Origin: Hemiscyllium ocellatum | Taxonomy: Eukaryota | Assembly: GCF_020745735.1 (NCBI RefSeq) | Contig: NC_083416.1 | Span: forward strand, 3,386,400-3,450,399 | Direction of reading: 5' to 3' | DNA: 64,000 bases | Shown: piece by piece, positions 1 to 12,485 of the stretch | Layout: each line of letters starts with the position of its first letter | Numbering within the stretch: position 1 is the first letter of the stretch | Notes under the pieces: model-generated | The model's input: the letters and a program-made list of their open reading frames with translations, nothing else | What the model was told of the DNA's origin: nothing | Database searches by the model: none | Made by a program: the position numbers and the translations under genes

Positions 1-1689
1 TCAAGATTATCACTATAGATGGTAGCCATAATGTGGAGGTGCCAGCATTGGAATGGGATGGCCAAGGTCAGAATCGCATGACACCAGGTTATAGTCTAAC
101 AGGTTTATTTGAAATGACAAGCTTTCGGAGTGCTGCTCCTTTGTTAGCTGATGAAGGAGCAACGCTCCAAAAACTTGTGATTTTAAATAAACCTGTTGGG
201 CTATAACCTGGTGTCATGTGATTTCTATAGATGATGACACTGAAGTACAGATGATGCTTTCAATCTAGCACTTGGTGATGGTGCTCCAAGTCATCATGTA
301 AGACATTAAAGATGTGTTTAATTGTGTTCTAATTGTGATTCCAGTTGGAGTTGCCCATAATCTTATGAATTGGTTCATGTGTTTTCATTCAGTTACAATG
401 TTTTCAAAATCAAGATTTCATTTTTTCAAACAATTCAGATATGAAAAATATTGCAATATTATAGGACTGCAATTTTACAGATTAAAAGACAGTATATCAA
501 AAAGAGCCCTCTTTAGTTAAATGCTAAAGGGCAAAGATTTAGCACAGCAACAAATAGGTGTTTAAATTAATTTTGAAGTTGAGTAGTTATTAAAAGCAGA
601 GCTATTTGCCTTCCTAAAATTGACAAATATAGGGTATTACAAAGCTAGAAGGTGATGGCCAAGTGGTATTATCACTGCACTGTTAATCCAGAGATCCAGG
701 CCTCACCTTCATTCAGATCAGTCCTCAGCAGAGGCCTCACCTTCATTCCCCTACGCCCTCGGATCAATGAGTTCAACACGCGGTGAGATATTGAACAATT
801 CATCCGCCGCCTTCGCCTCCGTGCCTACTTTTACAACCAAGACTCCCGCCCACCCTCTGACGACCCCTTCTCCTGCCTCCAACACACCCCATCCACCTGG
901 ACACCCTGTGCTGGCCTCTTACCCGCCTTCGATCTATTTATAGCCAACTGCCGCCGCGACATCAACCGACTCAACCTGTCCACCCCTCTCACCCACTCCA
1001 ACCTCTCACCCTCAGAACGTGCAGCCCTCCGCTCCCTCCGCTCCAACTCCAACCTCACCATCAAACCGGCAGACGAGGGAGGCGCGGTAGTAGTTTGGCG
1101 CACCGACCTTTATACTGCTGAGGCCAAACGCCAGCTCGCAGACGCCTCCTCTTATCGCCCCCTTGACCATGACCCCACCTGCCACCGCCAAACCATCATC
1201 TCCCAGACCATCAATAACCTCATCACCTCAGGGGATCTTCCATCCACTGCCTCCAACCTCATAGTCCCACAACCCCGCACCGCCCGTTTCTACCTTCTGC
1301 CCAAAATCCACAAACCTGCCTGCCCCGGCCGACCCACTGTCTCAGCCTGCTTCTGCCCCACCGAACTCATCTCCGCGTACCTCGACACGGTTCTGTCCCC
1401 TTTAGTCCAAGAACTCCCCACCTACGTTCGGGACACCACCCACGCCCTCCACCTCCTCCATGATTTTCACTTCCCCAGTCCCCAACGCCTTATCTTCACG
1501 ATGGACATCTAGTCCCTGTACACCTCCATCCCCCATCACGAAGGACTCAAAGCCCTCCGCTTCTTCCTTTCCCACCGCACCAACCAGTACCCTTCCACTG
1601 ACACCCTCCTTTGACTGACTGAACTGGTCCTCACCCTGAATAACTTCTCTTTTCAATCCTCCCACTTCCTCCAAACTAAAGGAGTTGCC

Positions 1690-2934
1690 ATGGGCACCTG
1701 CATGGGCCCCAGCTATGCCTGTCTCTTCGTAGGATATGTGGAACAGTCCATCTTCCGCAGCTACACTGGCACCACCCCCCACCTTTTCCTCTGCTACATC
1801 GATGACTGTATCGGCGCTGCCTCGTGCTCCCACGAGGAGGTTGAACAGTTCATCAACTTTACCAACACCTTCCATCCCGACCTCAAATTCACCTGGACTG
1901 TCTCAGACTCCTCCCTCCCATTCCTAGACCTTTCCATTTCTATCTTGGGCGACCGACTCAACACAAACATCTACTATAAACCGACTGACTCCCACAGCTA
2001 CCTGGACTACACCTCCTCCCACCCTGCCCCCTGTAAAAACTCCATCCCATATTCCCAATTCCTTCGTCTCCGCCGCATCTGCTCCCAGGAGGACCAGTTC
2101 CAATACCGTACAGCCCAGATGGCCTCCTTCTTCAAGGACCGCAGATTCCACCCAGACGTGATCGACGATGCCCTCCACCGCATCTCCTCCACTTCCCGCT
2201 CCTCCGCCCTTGAGCCCTGCTCCTCCAACCGCCACCAAGACAGAACCCCACTGGTTCTCACCTACCACCCCACCAACCTCCGTATACAGCGTATCATCTG
2301 CCGTCATTTCCGCCACCTCCAAACGGACCCCACCACCAGGGATATATTTCCCTCCCCTCCCCTGTCAGCGTTCCGCAAAGACCACTCCCTTCGTGACTCC
2401 ATCGTCAGGTCCACACCCCCCACCAACCCAACCTCCACTCCTGGCACCTTCCCCTGCAACCGCAGGAAATGTAAAACTTGCGCCCACACCTCCTCCCTCA
2501 CTTCCCTCCAAGGCCCCAAGGGATCCTTCCATATCTGCCACAAGTTCACCTGCACCTCCACACACATCATCTATTGCATCCGCTGCACCCGATGTGGCCT
2601 CCTCTACATTGGGGAGACGGGCCGCCTACTTGCGGAACGCTTCAGAGAACACCTCAGGGACGCCCGGACCAACCAACCCAACCACCGCGTGGCTCAACAC
2701 TTTAACTCTCCCTCCCACTCCACCGAGGACATGCAGGTCCTTGGACTCCTCCACCGGCAGAACATAACAACACAACGGCTGGAGGAGGAGCGCCTCATCT
2801 TCCGCCTGGGAACCCTCCAACCACAAGGGATGAGCTCAGATTTCTCCAGTTTCCTCATTTCCCCTCCCCCCACCTTGTCTCATTCGGTTCCCTCAACTCA
2901 GCACCGCCCTCCTAACCTGCAATCTTCTTCCTGA
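1690..2934 (+). pseudogene. Remnant ORF of the Penelope-like element (RT C-terminal half + GIY-YIG), 414 aa
   Basis: ORF track translation. The catalytic RYIDD reads CYIDD and the upstream part of the frame is interrupted by stops. Confidence 0.85.
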
Positions 2935-3066
2935 CCTCTCCGCCCCCACCCCACTCCAACCTATCACCCTCACCTTGACCTCCTTCCATCTATCCCACCT
3001 CCATCGCCCCTCCCCCAAGTCCCTCCTCCCTACCTTTTATCTTAGCCTGCCTGGCACATTCTCCTC

Positions 3067-3102
3067 ATTCCTGATGAAGGGCTCTGGCCCGAAACGTCGA
3101 AT
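3067..3102 (+). ncRNA. Minimal type-I hammerhead ribozyme in Penelope pseudo-LTR
   Basis: ATTC-CTGATGA-A-GGGC(TCTG)GCCC-GAAAC-GTC-GAAT. Core CUGAUGA and GAAA present, stem I ATTC/GAAT, stem II GGGC/GCCC, palindromic ACGU stem III, GUC cleavage triplet. Confidence 0.7.
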
Positions 3103-4089
3103 TTCCTGTTCCTTGGATGCTGCCTAACCTGTTGTGCTTTAACCAGCAACACATTTTCAGCAGCGACCCACATTTGAATCCCACCGCAGCAGATAGAAAT
3201 CAATAAAAATCTGGAATTAAGATTATTGTGATGATCATTATCCCTTGTCCCAAAAAATCCCCATCCAGTTCACTAATTTCCTTTAATGAAGGAAACTCCC
3301 CACATGGTCTGGACTCCATGTGACTATGGCAGTGTGGTTCACTCTTAACTACCCTTAGGGATGAGCAATAAATGCTAGCCTAGCCAGTGATGCCCTTACC
3401 CTGTGAATAAATTTTTTAAATTCCCATTTAATAAATTAGGATTGAAGTAAATTCTCATGTTTTGGCCTGAACTATTGGTCTTGTTCTAATGCAGGGTTGG
3501 TTGCTGTTTTACTCATAGATCCACTTTGAGTTTAATGATCTCATCTTGTTTATACTTTATTCTGTTTAGTTGAAATCCTTCTTCATAGAACAGCTCTGGG
3601 TGTGTAACTGGCCTATGATGGTGTTTATGATTCAGCCAAGTGTTCTCATTTCATTCAACCCCATCAACATATTCTTTATCTGCTGCCTTCATGTGTTTTA
3701 TCTACTTTCCCCCTCAAATGTGTCTATGGTGTTTCATTCAGCTATTCTGTAGGAGTGAGTTCTATGTTCTAACCACTCATAGGATACATGAATGAATACC
3801 CCATTTTTATGATGCCTGCCTTTGGTTTCCTCCAAAAACACGACACATCTTTGTATCTCGGGCAAAAGCCCTTCATCCGGGTTCCAACACCACTCTAATC
3901 TCCAGCATCTGCAGTACTCACTTTCACCTACATCTTTGCATCTATCTTTTAAAATCTTAAAGATCTCTCTTTGGTCCAACCTTAATTGAGGGAAATATTT
4001 ACTGACTGTTACAATTTCAGTTCTTGTGTAGAATTATTTTCTATTACCTATGATGGCAGAGTGTTTCATTTTTGTAAACACGCTTTCAG

Positions 4090-6500
4090 GCGCCCTTACC
4101 GATTACAAGTTTCACAACACAGTGCCAACCCTTTGGCCCTCAATGTTGTGCCAACCTGTGGAATCACTCTGAAGCCTAGCTGTCCTATGCTATTCCATTT
4201 TCATCCATGTGTTTATCCAATGACCATTTAACTGCTTTTAAAGTTGGTAAGTCTGCCACAGTTACAGGCAGTGCATTCCACACCCCATTACTGTGAGTAA
4301 ATAAACTACCTTTGACATCTGTCCTATATTTATCACTCCTCAATTAAAAGCTATGTCCCCTCGTGCTAGCCGTCGCCATCCAAGGAAAAAGGCTCTCACT
4401 GTCCACCCTATCATATATGTTTCAATTAAAACACCTCTTAACCTTCTTCTCTCCAACGAAAACAGCCTCAAGTCCCTCAACCTTGTAAGACCTTTCCTCC
4501 TAGACAACACCCCAGTAAGTCTCCTCTGAACCCTTTCCGAAGCTTCCACGTCATTCCTATAACGTGTTGATCAGAACTATACACAATACTCCCAAATGTA
4601 GCCGCGCCAGAGTTTTGTACAGCTGCAACATAACCTCATGGTTCCAAAACTCAATATCTCCACCAATAAAAGCTAACCTGTCATATGCCTCCTTAATAAC
4701 CCTATCAACCTGGGTGGCAACTTTCAGGGATCTGTGTACACAGATACTGGGATCTCTCTGCTATTCCACACCCTCAAGAATCTTACCATTAGCCCAGTAC
4801 TCGGCAATCCTGTTACTCCTTCGAAAGTGAATTACCTTATGCTTTTTCACGTTAAACTCCATCTGCCACCTCTCAGCCCAGCTCTGCAGCTTATCCAAGT
4901 CCCTCTGTAACCCTGCAACATCTTCAGCACTATCCACAACTCTACTGACCTTAGTGTCATCCACAAATTTACGAACCCATCCTCCTAAGCCCTCATCCAG
5001 TTCATTTATAAAAATGACAAACAGCAGTGGCCCCAATACAGATCCTTGCAGTACTCCACTAGTAACTGAACACTAGGATGAACATTTCCCATCAGCCACC
5101 ACCCTCTGTCTTCTTTCAGCTAGCCAATTCTGATCCGAACTGCTAAATCGCCCTCAATCCCATGCCTCTATATTTTGTACAACAGCCTAACGTGGGGAAC
5201 CTTATCAAATGCCTTACTGAAATCAATATACACCACATCATCTGCTTTACCCTCATCCACCTGTTTGGTCACCATCTCAAAGAACTCCAGGTTTGTGAGG
5301 CACAACCTACCCTTCACAAAACTGTGTTGACTATCCCTAATCGACTTATTCCTCTCTAGATGATTACAAGTCCCATCTCTTATAACCCTTTCCAATACTT
5401 CACCCACAACCAAAGTAAGGCTCACTGGTCTATAATTACCAGGGTCATCTCTACTTCCCTCCTTGAACAAGGGGACATTTACTATCCTCCAGTCTTCTGG
5501 CACTATTCCTGTAGACAATGACGGCATGAGAATCAAAGCCAAAGGCTCTGCAATCTCCTCTCTAGCTTCCCAAAGAATCCTGGGATAAATCCCATCCAGC
5601 CTGGAGACTTATCTATTTTATACTTTCCAGAATTGCTAACACCACCTCCTTGTCAATGTCAATCCCATCTGGTCTACTAGCCTGTATCTCAGTATTCTCC
5701 TCGACAATATTGTCTTTTTCCAGTGTGAATACCAACGAAAAATATTCATTTAGCGCTCCCCCGTCTCCTCAGACTCCACACACAACTTCCCACTACTGTC
5801 TTTAGTTGGCCCTAATCTTTCTCTGGTCATTCTTTTATTCCTGATATTCCTACAGAAAGCTTTAGAGTTTTCCTTGATCCTATCTGCCAATGATTTCTCA
5901 TGTCCCCTCCTGGCTCTTCTGAGCTCTGTCTTTAGGTCTTTCCTGGCTAACTTGTAAATCTCAAGGATCTTTACTGAGCCTTCACGTCTCATCCTAACAG
6001 AAGCCTCCTTCTTTCTCTTGACAAGAGATTCAACTTCCTTAGTAAACCACGGCTCCATCGCTTGACCACTTCCTCCCTGTCTGACAGGTACATACTTATC
6101 CCGGACACGCAGTAGCTGGTCGTTGAATATGCTCCACATTTCATTTGTGCCCATCCCCTGCAGTTTCCTTCCTCATCCTATGCATCCTAAATCTTGCCTT
6201 TTTCCCCAGCTATAACTCTTGCCCTACGGTATATATCCATCCCTTTCCACAGCTAAAGTAAACAGAACCGAATTGTGGTCACGATTACCAAAGTGCTCAC
6301 CTCCTTCCCTCCAAATCTAACACCTGGCTGGGTTCATTCTCCAGGACCAAATCTAATGTGGCCTCGCCACTTGTTGGCCTGTCTACGTACTGTGTCAGGA
6401 AACCCTCCTGCACACATTGGACAAAAACTGACCCATCTCAACTACTCTAACTCTAGTATTTCCAGTGAATATTTGGAAAGTTAAAGCCCCCATAACAACT
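4090..6500 (-). mobile_element. CR1/HER1-type LINE, decayed ORF2 (endonuclease to RT to 3' tail)
   Basis: Minus-strand ORF fragments with PEDWR..NVPLFKxG..DPGNYRPVSLT, VYIDFSKAFDKVPH, LGPLLFVIFIN.LD..KFVDDTK and many frameshifts. Boundaries approximate. Confidence 0.9.
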
Positions 6501-6862
6501 AGCCTGTTACACTCGCTCGGATCCAGAATTATCGTTAACCATTTGTGGATGGTTGTAGAAAGGTTGTGCCTGGACTTTGTGTCTTAATATTTCCCATTGA
6601 AACAGGAGAGGCATTGTTCTGTATCCCGTTGGGATAAGTGCCAAATTCCCAATAGGAATATGCTTGCTATGGGCTTGAAATGAATAATAGCCAATGCTGA
6701 GTACATCATCCATCTCCAAAGCCATCACTCAAATGAACCAACAGCTGGAGAAAGCTAATAGGTAGAGTTGGACCTGTAAAGTTCAGAGCTCCCTTGGCAA
6801 GTATATATTGAAATAATCAAAATTAATTCAAGGTACATGTTCATTATTCTTTGTAAAATCTG

Positions 6863-6884
6863 TATTGTGAACTGAGCAAGCTGT

Positions 6885-6937
<53 letters not shown>

Positions 6938-6984
6938 CACACATACACACACACACACACCCACAGCTTGCTCAGTTCATAATA
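6863..6984. repeat. 122-bp near-perfect inverted repeat: 25-bp unique arms around (GT)n(AT)n(AC)n
   Basis: TATTGTGAACTGAGCAAGCTGTGGG (6863-6887) is the reverse complement, with 1 mismatch, of CCCACAGCTTGCTCAGTTCATAATA (6960-6984). The inner microsatellites are also self-complementary. Confidence 0.9.
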
Positions 6985-7171
6985 GTTCCTTAAATGCAAA
7001 TTCTGCATTTTGTCTAATAGATATCAGGATCTGAATCTCTCCAACAAAGAGAGCCTCTACATCATCATTTACTCCTGATCAGCTCCATGTTCTGTGGTCC
7101 CCATGCAGATTTTCTCTTCACGGCTAAAATCACACTCACGCAGCAAGTGTTCTGTTTTGATTTGCCATTCC

Positions 7172-7218
7172 TTATAGTTTCCTGAAATTCATTGATCTTT
7201 TTGACTGCTTCTGCACAA
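7172..7218 (-). CDS. Gene A candidate last (cytoplasmic) exon: VVQKQSKRSMNFRKL*
   Basis: Minus-strand acceptor ttgcattgttccacaacAG, phase 1 matching the TM exon donor, stop TAA at 7172-7174. Chosen on splice-site quality only. Confidence 0.35.
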
Positions 7219-8096
7219 CTGTTGTGGAACAATGCAACATGGAACATAAAATGAGAAACAAGGCAGGTACAGTCTGTAATCACAATGAGCTGGGTGAACA
7301 GAATTCTGCAAGGAGGGATTAGATAAGGAATTCATACAGAAAGGTGTACAATTTGCAACTCAGAAGAAATAGGCCATTCACTGATTATATTTTAATGTAA
7401 TGAAGAATGCAAAAATATATCCATGTCTTAAAAATGCATTTTTAAGAAAATGACAGAATTGAATGACTTGAGAGGCTAAATGGTCTACTCTTTGTGTGTA
7501 CCTTTGTTTCAACATAATAAAAATGTGCCAAGAAATCAAACATTTCTGTAATTCCCAAATATCTTCAAGGTATAATTCCAGGCAAAGTCACCATTCTTTG
7601 CTGTTCCCTCGTTGGTTTTGCTGAAATAAAAGTAAGATCTTGAGAAGGTAAACCCAGAAAACTAACATGAAGATTTTCAGGCAGCTGCTCTGCACTTACG
7701 TTTGAAATAAAAAACAAGACAAAATGGTGGCAATACAAAACAGATCAGCATTCACCAAGTCACTGACCTTCCTGATTTTGACATATATCAAAATCCTGGA
7801 GCTTCCACTTTAATGGAATTGTTTGCTCACCGGCACCAGATGGAAGGCAAGGGTTCAAGAAGCCAGTTCATTACCACCTTTCCAAGGGTAAGGAAGCAGA
7901 GGTAAGAAGTGCTGACCCCAGCAGGCAATGCCCACACCGTGTGAATGAATAAGAAGAGAATTGTGACTCCTTATCCTTAAAATTATAAATCTCCTCGTGG
8001 GGTTTAAATAACAAACTGCAAATTAATTGGTGAAAACTTGATCAGATATTATCTCAAGTTGTTTTGAAGTCTGTACAAGAGTTGCATCAATGACAA

Positions 8097-8415
8097 TTTA
8101 GATTAGATTCTCTACAGAATGGAAGCAGGACCTACAACTCCACACTGACCATTCCTTATAGGAGTAATCCACCCAGACCCATTCCCTAACCTTTATTTAC
8201 CCCTGACTAATGCACCTAACACGACAGGCAATTTAGCCTGGCCAATTAACCTGACCTGCACATCTTTGGATTGTGGGAGGAAACTGGAGCACCCGGAGGA
8301 AACCCACGCAGACACAGGGAGAACATACAAACCCCACATAGGCAGTCACCTGAGGTGGGAATTGAACCCGTGTCCCTGGCGCTGTGAGGCAGCAGTGCTA
8401 ACCACTGAGCCACCC
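8097..8415 (-). mobile_element. HE1/V-SINE-type SINE (diverged)
   Basis: Reverse complement of GGTGGCTCAGTGGTTAGCACTGCTGCCTCACAGCGCCAGGG head and central GGGTTTCCTCCGGGTGCTCC core. Confidence 0.8.
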
Positions 8416-9554
8416 AATTTCACTTGATATGGCAAGACTTGAGAAAATGTAAATCGGTCTCCAAAACTCAGCAAAATTATGTGACGCAGAATCACCTCCC
8501 CTGTGCTCAAAGCATATGATTTTTGTACAGATACCTTTAATTAGGTGCTTTCGAATACTGACTCGTGTCTGGTGATCGGGCTCAGCATTTCAAAGACATT
8601 TGCTGCATCAAGAAATTGAAAACATTTGCTTTACTTCAAAGTTTCTTTAGTCTCATTTAGTACATATCATTCAAAAATGTGTATTGATGTCACTGTCTTC
8701 TCAATAATCTGCCCACTATTATAAGGTCAGAAATGGGGGATGTTTGCTGTTGATTGAACAATGTTCAGCACCATCCAGGACTTCTCAGATACAGAGACAA
8801 AAAAAAGCTGCAGATGCTGCCTGGCTTGCTGTGTTCTCCCAGCTTCCTGCCTATTTTGGATTGGAGCATCAGGAGGCTGGGAGACCACAGCAAGCCAGGC
8901 AGCATCAGGAAGTGCCCTGAAAAGGGTTACACAGCTCCTTCCTGATGAAGTGCTTATGCTGATTCTCCTGCTCCTCGGATGCTGCCTGACCTGCTGTACT
9001 TTTCCAGCACCACACTCGACTGTGATCTCCAGCGTCTGCAGTCCTCCAATAAGTTCTCCTTATTTATCGATCAAGCCATTTTAATCTTCCACAACTTAAT
9101 TGAGTGACTTGGCATTGTATTTTGTTTTATAATGTTGATGATGTTTTATTTTGTCATAAGCACCGTAAAATAGATCTTTGTGGCACTGGTTGTATTGGTG
9201 GATGATCATGGTAACCAGTCCTGACTCTTCAATTTTGTATCTCCTTCAAGTTTCCTTTTAAACAGCTCTCTTATTGGCAGTGCCTTACAAATCCTCACAA
9301 CCCATTGCATAAAATACATGTCCTGTTCAGGTTTACCGCTGGTTCTTCTGCTTATCTTAAATCTATGCTATCTCCTTATTGACCTTGTAGTAATTGAAAT
9401 AGTTCCTCGTTCTTTACTCTCCCGACCCTTGTGATTTTAAATAGCTCTACCAAATCTCCCCTTAGCATTCTTTGGGGAACAAGATGGGGTAACACCCTTA
9501 CTAAACAGTAGTCCCAGTTCAATTGTGCATACAGTGTGATTAAACCAGTCTTAC

Positions 9555-9686
9555 CAGTCTCTGTGTTGGATGAAGAAGTGGTTATCTTGTAGATGATAGG
9601 AGCAGCAGCGATAATTACAAGCAAGCCACTGACAACAATCACAATGCGCAGAGGAGTCATTATCCCTGGAGTTCCACTGGAAATCC
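9555..9686 (-). CDS. Gene A transmembrane exon (GISSGTPGIMTPLRIVIVVSGLLVIIAAAPIIYKITTSSSNTET)
   Basis: Acceptor ttaaaaacAG at 9687-9688, donor GTAAGA at 9554, 132 nt, phase 1-1. 18-residue hydrophobic run preceded by Arg. Homologous to the gene B TM exon (SSG...K..TSSS). Confidence 0.85.
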
Positions 9687-10107
9687 CTGTTTTTAATCCA
9701 AGACGATAATAGAACTTTATTGAGTGGGGATGGAGTTATAATCAGAATTAAACAATTTCCTGATTCAGGAGCAAGATGTGAGTTTTAAATGGAGTGACAC
9801 AACTTAATCCTTTTGCTTCCTGTAAACCAATGTGAGTATGTAAACAAACCGTCCCATCACAGCTAATCAGTAGCTAATGCACTACATGTCTCTACTAATT
9901 TCACAGAACAACCCGTCAAAACAAAGCCTTTTGCAGAAAGTAAAACTTTGGAGGATTGTTTCCAGGAGTCTAAGATAATAATTGACTGTTGGTTCGCCTG
10001 TTCCTTTTATAACTGCAACCCTTCCCTGTCACCCAGACACCTCCCCCTCCCGTTCACACCTGTACACACACAATACACCACATTCTCATAACTGATGTGG
10101 GTCTTAC

Positions 10108-10428
10108 CCAGATCCTTAGTGACAGCTCTCTGTAGTGTCTGTCCCAGGGACACATGTTTCACTTCACACCAGTAAGTATGGTTCCTCTCCCACTCTGCTG
10201 TCGGCACAGTCAGCTGGCTCACTGTCCGGTAGGTGCCTGTACTGCCCAAAGCCACTGCAAACTGGGTCACTCCCGTCTCCACTGGACCATTCTCATCTCT
10301 CCAAGTCACGGAAATATCGGCAGGGTAAAAATCTGACACCAAGCAGGTCACTGTGACATTTTGCCCGGCAGAGACAGCATCAGATCGAGGAGAGATCAAC
10401 TGGATCACAGGCTCCTGAATGTAACCAT
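10108..10428 (-). CDS. Gene A third C1-set Ig domain exon (membrane-proximal)
   Basis: CLVSDFYPADISVTW...GTYRTVSQLTV...YWCEVKH. Acceptor tctttgctggAG, donor GTAAGA, 321 nt, phase 1-1. Confidence 0.92.
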
Positions 10429-11002
10429 CTCCAGCAAAGACAAGAACAGATCGTTAGATAAACAAATATTGACAACTTTATCATAGTCACCAAGTCAAAT
10501 GTATTTCAGAAAAGTTAAGTGAAGGCAGAAAGCAATGACTTTCTTGGTTTACAGCATCAATAATGTAACACTCCAAGCTCGAAGCAGAAAGTGGGATGTT
10601 AATGTTGGGATGCATTCTGGCATAGCCCTGATTACTCATGAATCAAGTGCTTCACCTGATGTATAAGTGGATAAACTATAAGGAAATGCCAGCCAGACTG
10701 CAATGATTGAGCTCTTTGGTGATTAATAAGCTACAAACGCCAGGCAGAGTGGAGGGAGGTGGAAACCTATCCATTCTCTTCATTGTAGGTACAATTGATT
10801 GTGTTCCTGACTTTCCCTAATCTATATCATAAGCCAGAGTTGAGAGTGTGGCACTGGAAAAGCACAAGCAGGTCAGGCAGAATCTAAGGAGCAGGAGAAT
10901 CGTCATTTTGGGTAGGAGCCTTCATCAGGAAGCCCTTCATAAGCAAGCTGAGCAATCATACACATAGCTTCCAGGGAGAGAGACTATAAAGATTATAATG
11001 GA

Positions 11003-11228
11003 ATTTGTACATTCTCCCTGTGTCTGCGTGGGTTTCCTCCGGGTGCTCAGGTTTCCTCCCACAGTCCAAAGATGTGCGGGTCAGGTGGATTGGCCATGCT
11101 AAATTGCCCATAGTGTTAGGTAAGGGGCAAATGTAGAGGTATGGGTGGGTTTTGCTTCGGTGGGTCGGTGTGGACTTGTTGGGCCGAAGGGCCTGTTTCC
11201 ACACTGTAAGTAATCTAATCTAATCTAA
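11003..11228 (+). mobile_element. HE1/V-SINE-type SINE, 5'-truncated
   Basis: Core CATTCTCCCTGTGTCTGCGTGGGTTTCCTCC and tail GGGCCTGTTTCCACACTGTAAGTAATCTAATCTAATCT. Confidence 0.85.
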
Positions 11229-11229
11229 T

Positions 11230-11540
11230 TCCTGCGGTGGCAGGGGAAGGTGCCGGGAGGGGAGGGTGGGTTGTAGCGGGGGCATGGACCTGATGAGGAA
11301 GTCATGGAAGGAATGGTGTTTGCAGAAAGAGGATGGGGTGGGGAGAGACATACGTCTCTGGTAGTGGGGTCCATTTGTAGGTGGCAGAAATGGGGGAGGT
11401 TGATGCGATGTACATGAAGGTTGGTGGGGTGGAAGGTGAGGACTGGGGTGGGTGGAGTTATGTCCTTGTTGTGGTTAGGGGGATGCTCAAGTATCCGATA
11501 GTGTTCAGGGATATGGAGGCTGGGTGGGTTAGCCATGGGG
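11230..11540 (-). mobile_element. Penelope-like element internal fragment
   Basis: Minus frame TPVLTFHPTNL..HR...HFCHLQMDPTTRD...PGTFPC matches the 1690-2934 ORF. Confidence 0.75.
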
Positions 11541-12485
11541 AATACAGGGTTACAGGCATAGGGGGTGAGTCTGAGTGGGATGCAGTTCAGAGGGGTAGTT
11601 TGACTTGGGCAGAATGGCCTGCTTCCACAGTGTAGGGTTTCTACGAGGAGAAACAGACACAAAATCGATAGTTAATAGAGCAAATAGCGCCGACAGAGCC
11701 AGGTAAGGGCAAGATAAAGTAGGCCCTGCTGGGGTGAATAAAAGGTGTTTATCTGGGACTGCAGACATCTGCTTTTAATCTGATTATCATAGGAACGTAA
11801 AATCATACAATACAGAGGGGGCCCTTTCTGCATGTAGTAATTATGCACAAACAAGATTACAATTTGAGTAATGAATGGTGGATACAACAGGACGTGTTTT
11901 AAAAATGTGTTCTCTTGTATTTGACAGAATTCCGTTCGAGTGAGTCTAGAACTCTCCCTGTGGGTGCATGATGTGGAGGTTCTGGTGTTGGACTGGGGTG
12001 GATGAGGTCAGAAGTCACATGACACCAGGTTATAGTCCTACAGATTTATTTGGAATCACAAACTTTTGGAGCGCTGCCCCTTCGTCAGGGGAAGTCACTT
12101 CACCTGGCAAAGGGGCACCGCTCTGAAAGCTTGTGATTCCAAACAAACCTGGTGTCGTCTGATTTCTGACCGTGTGTGTACTTGGATAGATAATGGTCAA
12201 CCCGTATTCAAAACTGCGGTGGTCAACCATTAGAAGTAACATCACCAACAAGAATTCAACAGATGTGACCTTGGTCTCCTCAACCGATATTCCATGCTTG
12301 AGTAGATGCAGGGATTTTAGAACATGATATCAGTTTGAATGGAATATAAGGTTGTAGTAGGAAGGAGGAATGAGAATCTTTACAGGAAACGTCACAGGAT
12401 TCAAGTTAGACTTTAGGTAGTTTTAAGACACATTTAATATTCCAGGATATCTTGAAAAAACATTTAAAGACAATAAGGTCCTTAC

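Larger units (their letters stand above)
700..3163 (+). mobile_element. Penelope-like retroelement (RT + GIY-YIG endonuclease), 5'-truncated and decayed, with 3' pseudo-LTR tail
   Basis: Reading frame has RT motifs (GxxMG..GPSYA, YIDD, LPFLD) followed by GIY-YIG (HIIYCIRC..CGLLYIGETGR.L.ERFREH). In-frame stops at ~1510 and ~1612. 3' tail contains a hammerhead core. Boundaries approximate. Confidence 0.9.

Noticed and set aside
6994-7001. Octamer motifs ATGCAAAT/ATTTGCAT (also near 12870, 31358, 49619)
   Set aside because: None lies in a promoter position, and this number is about what chance gives for an 8-mer in 64 kb of AT-rich DNA.
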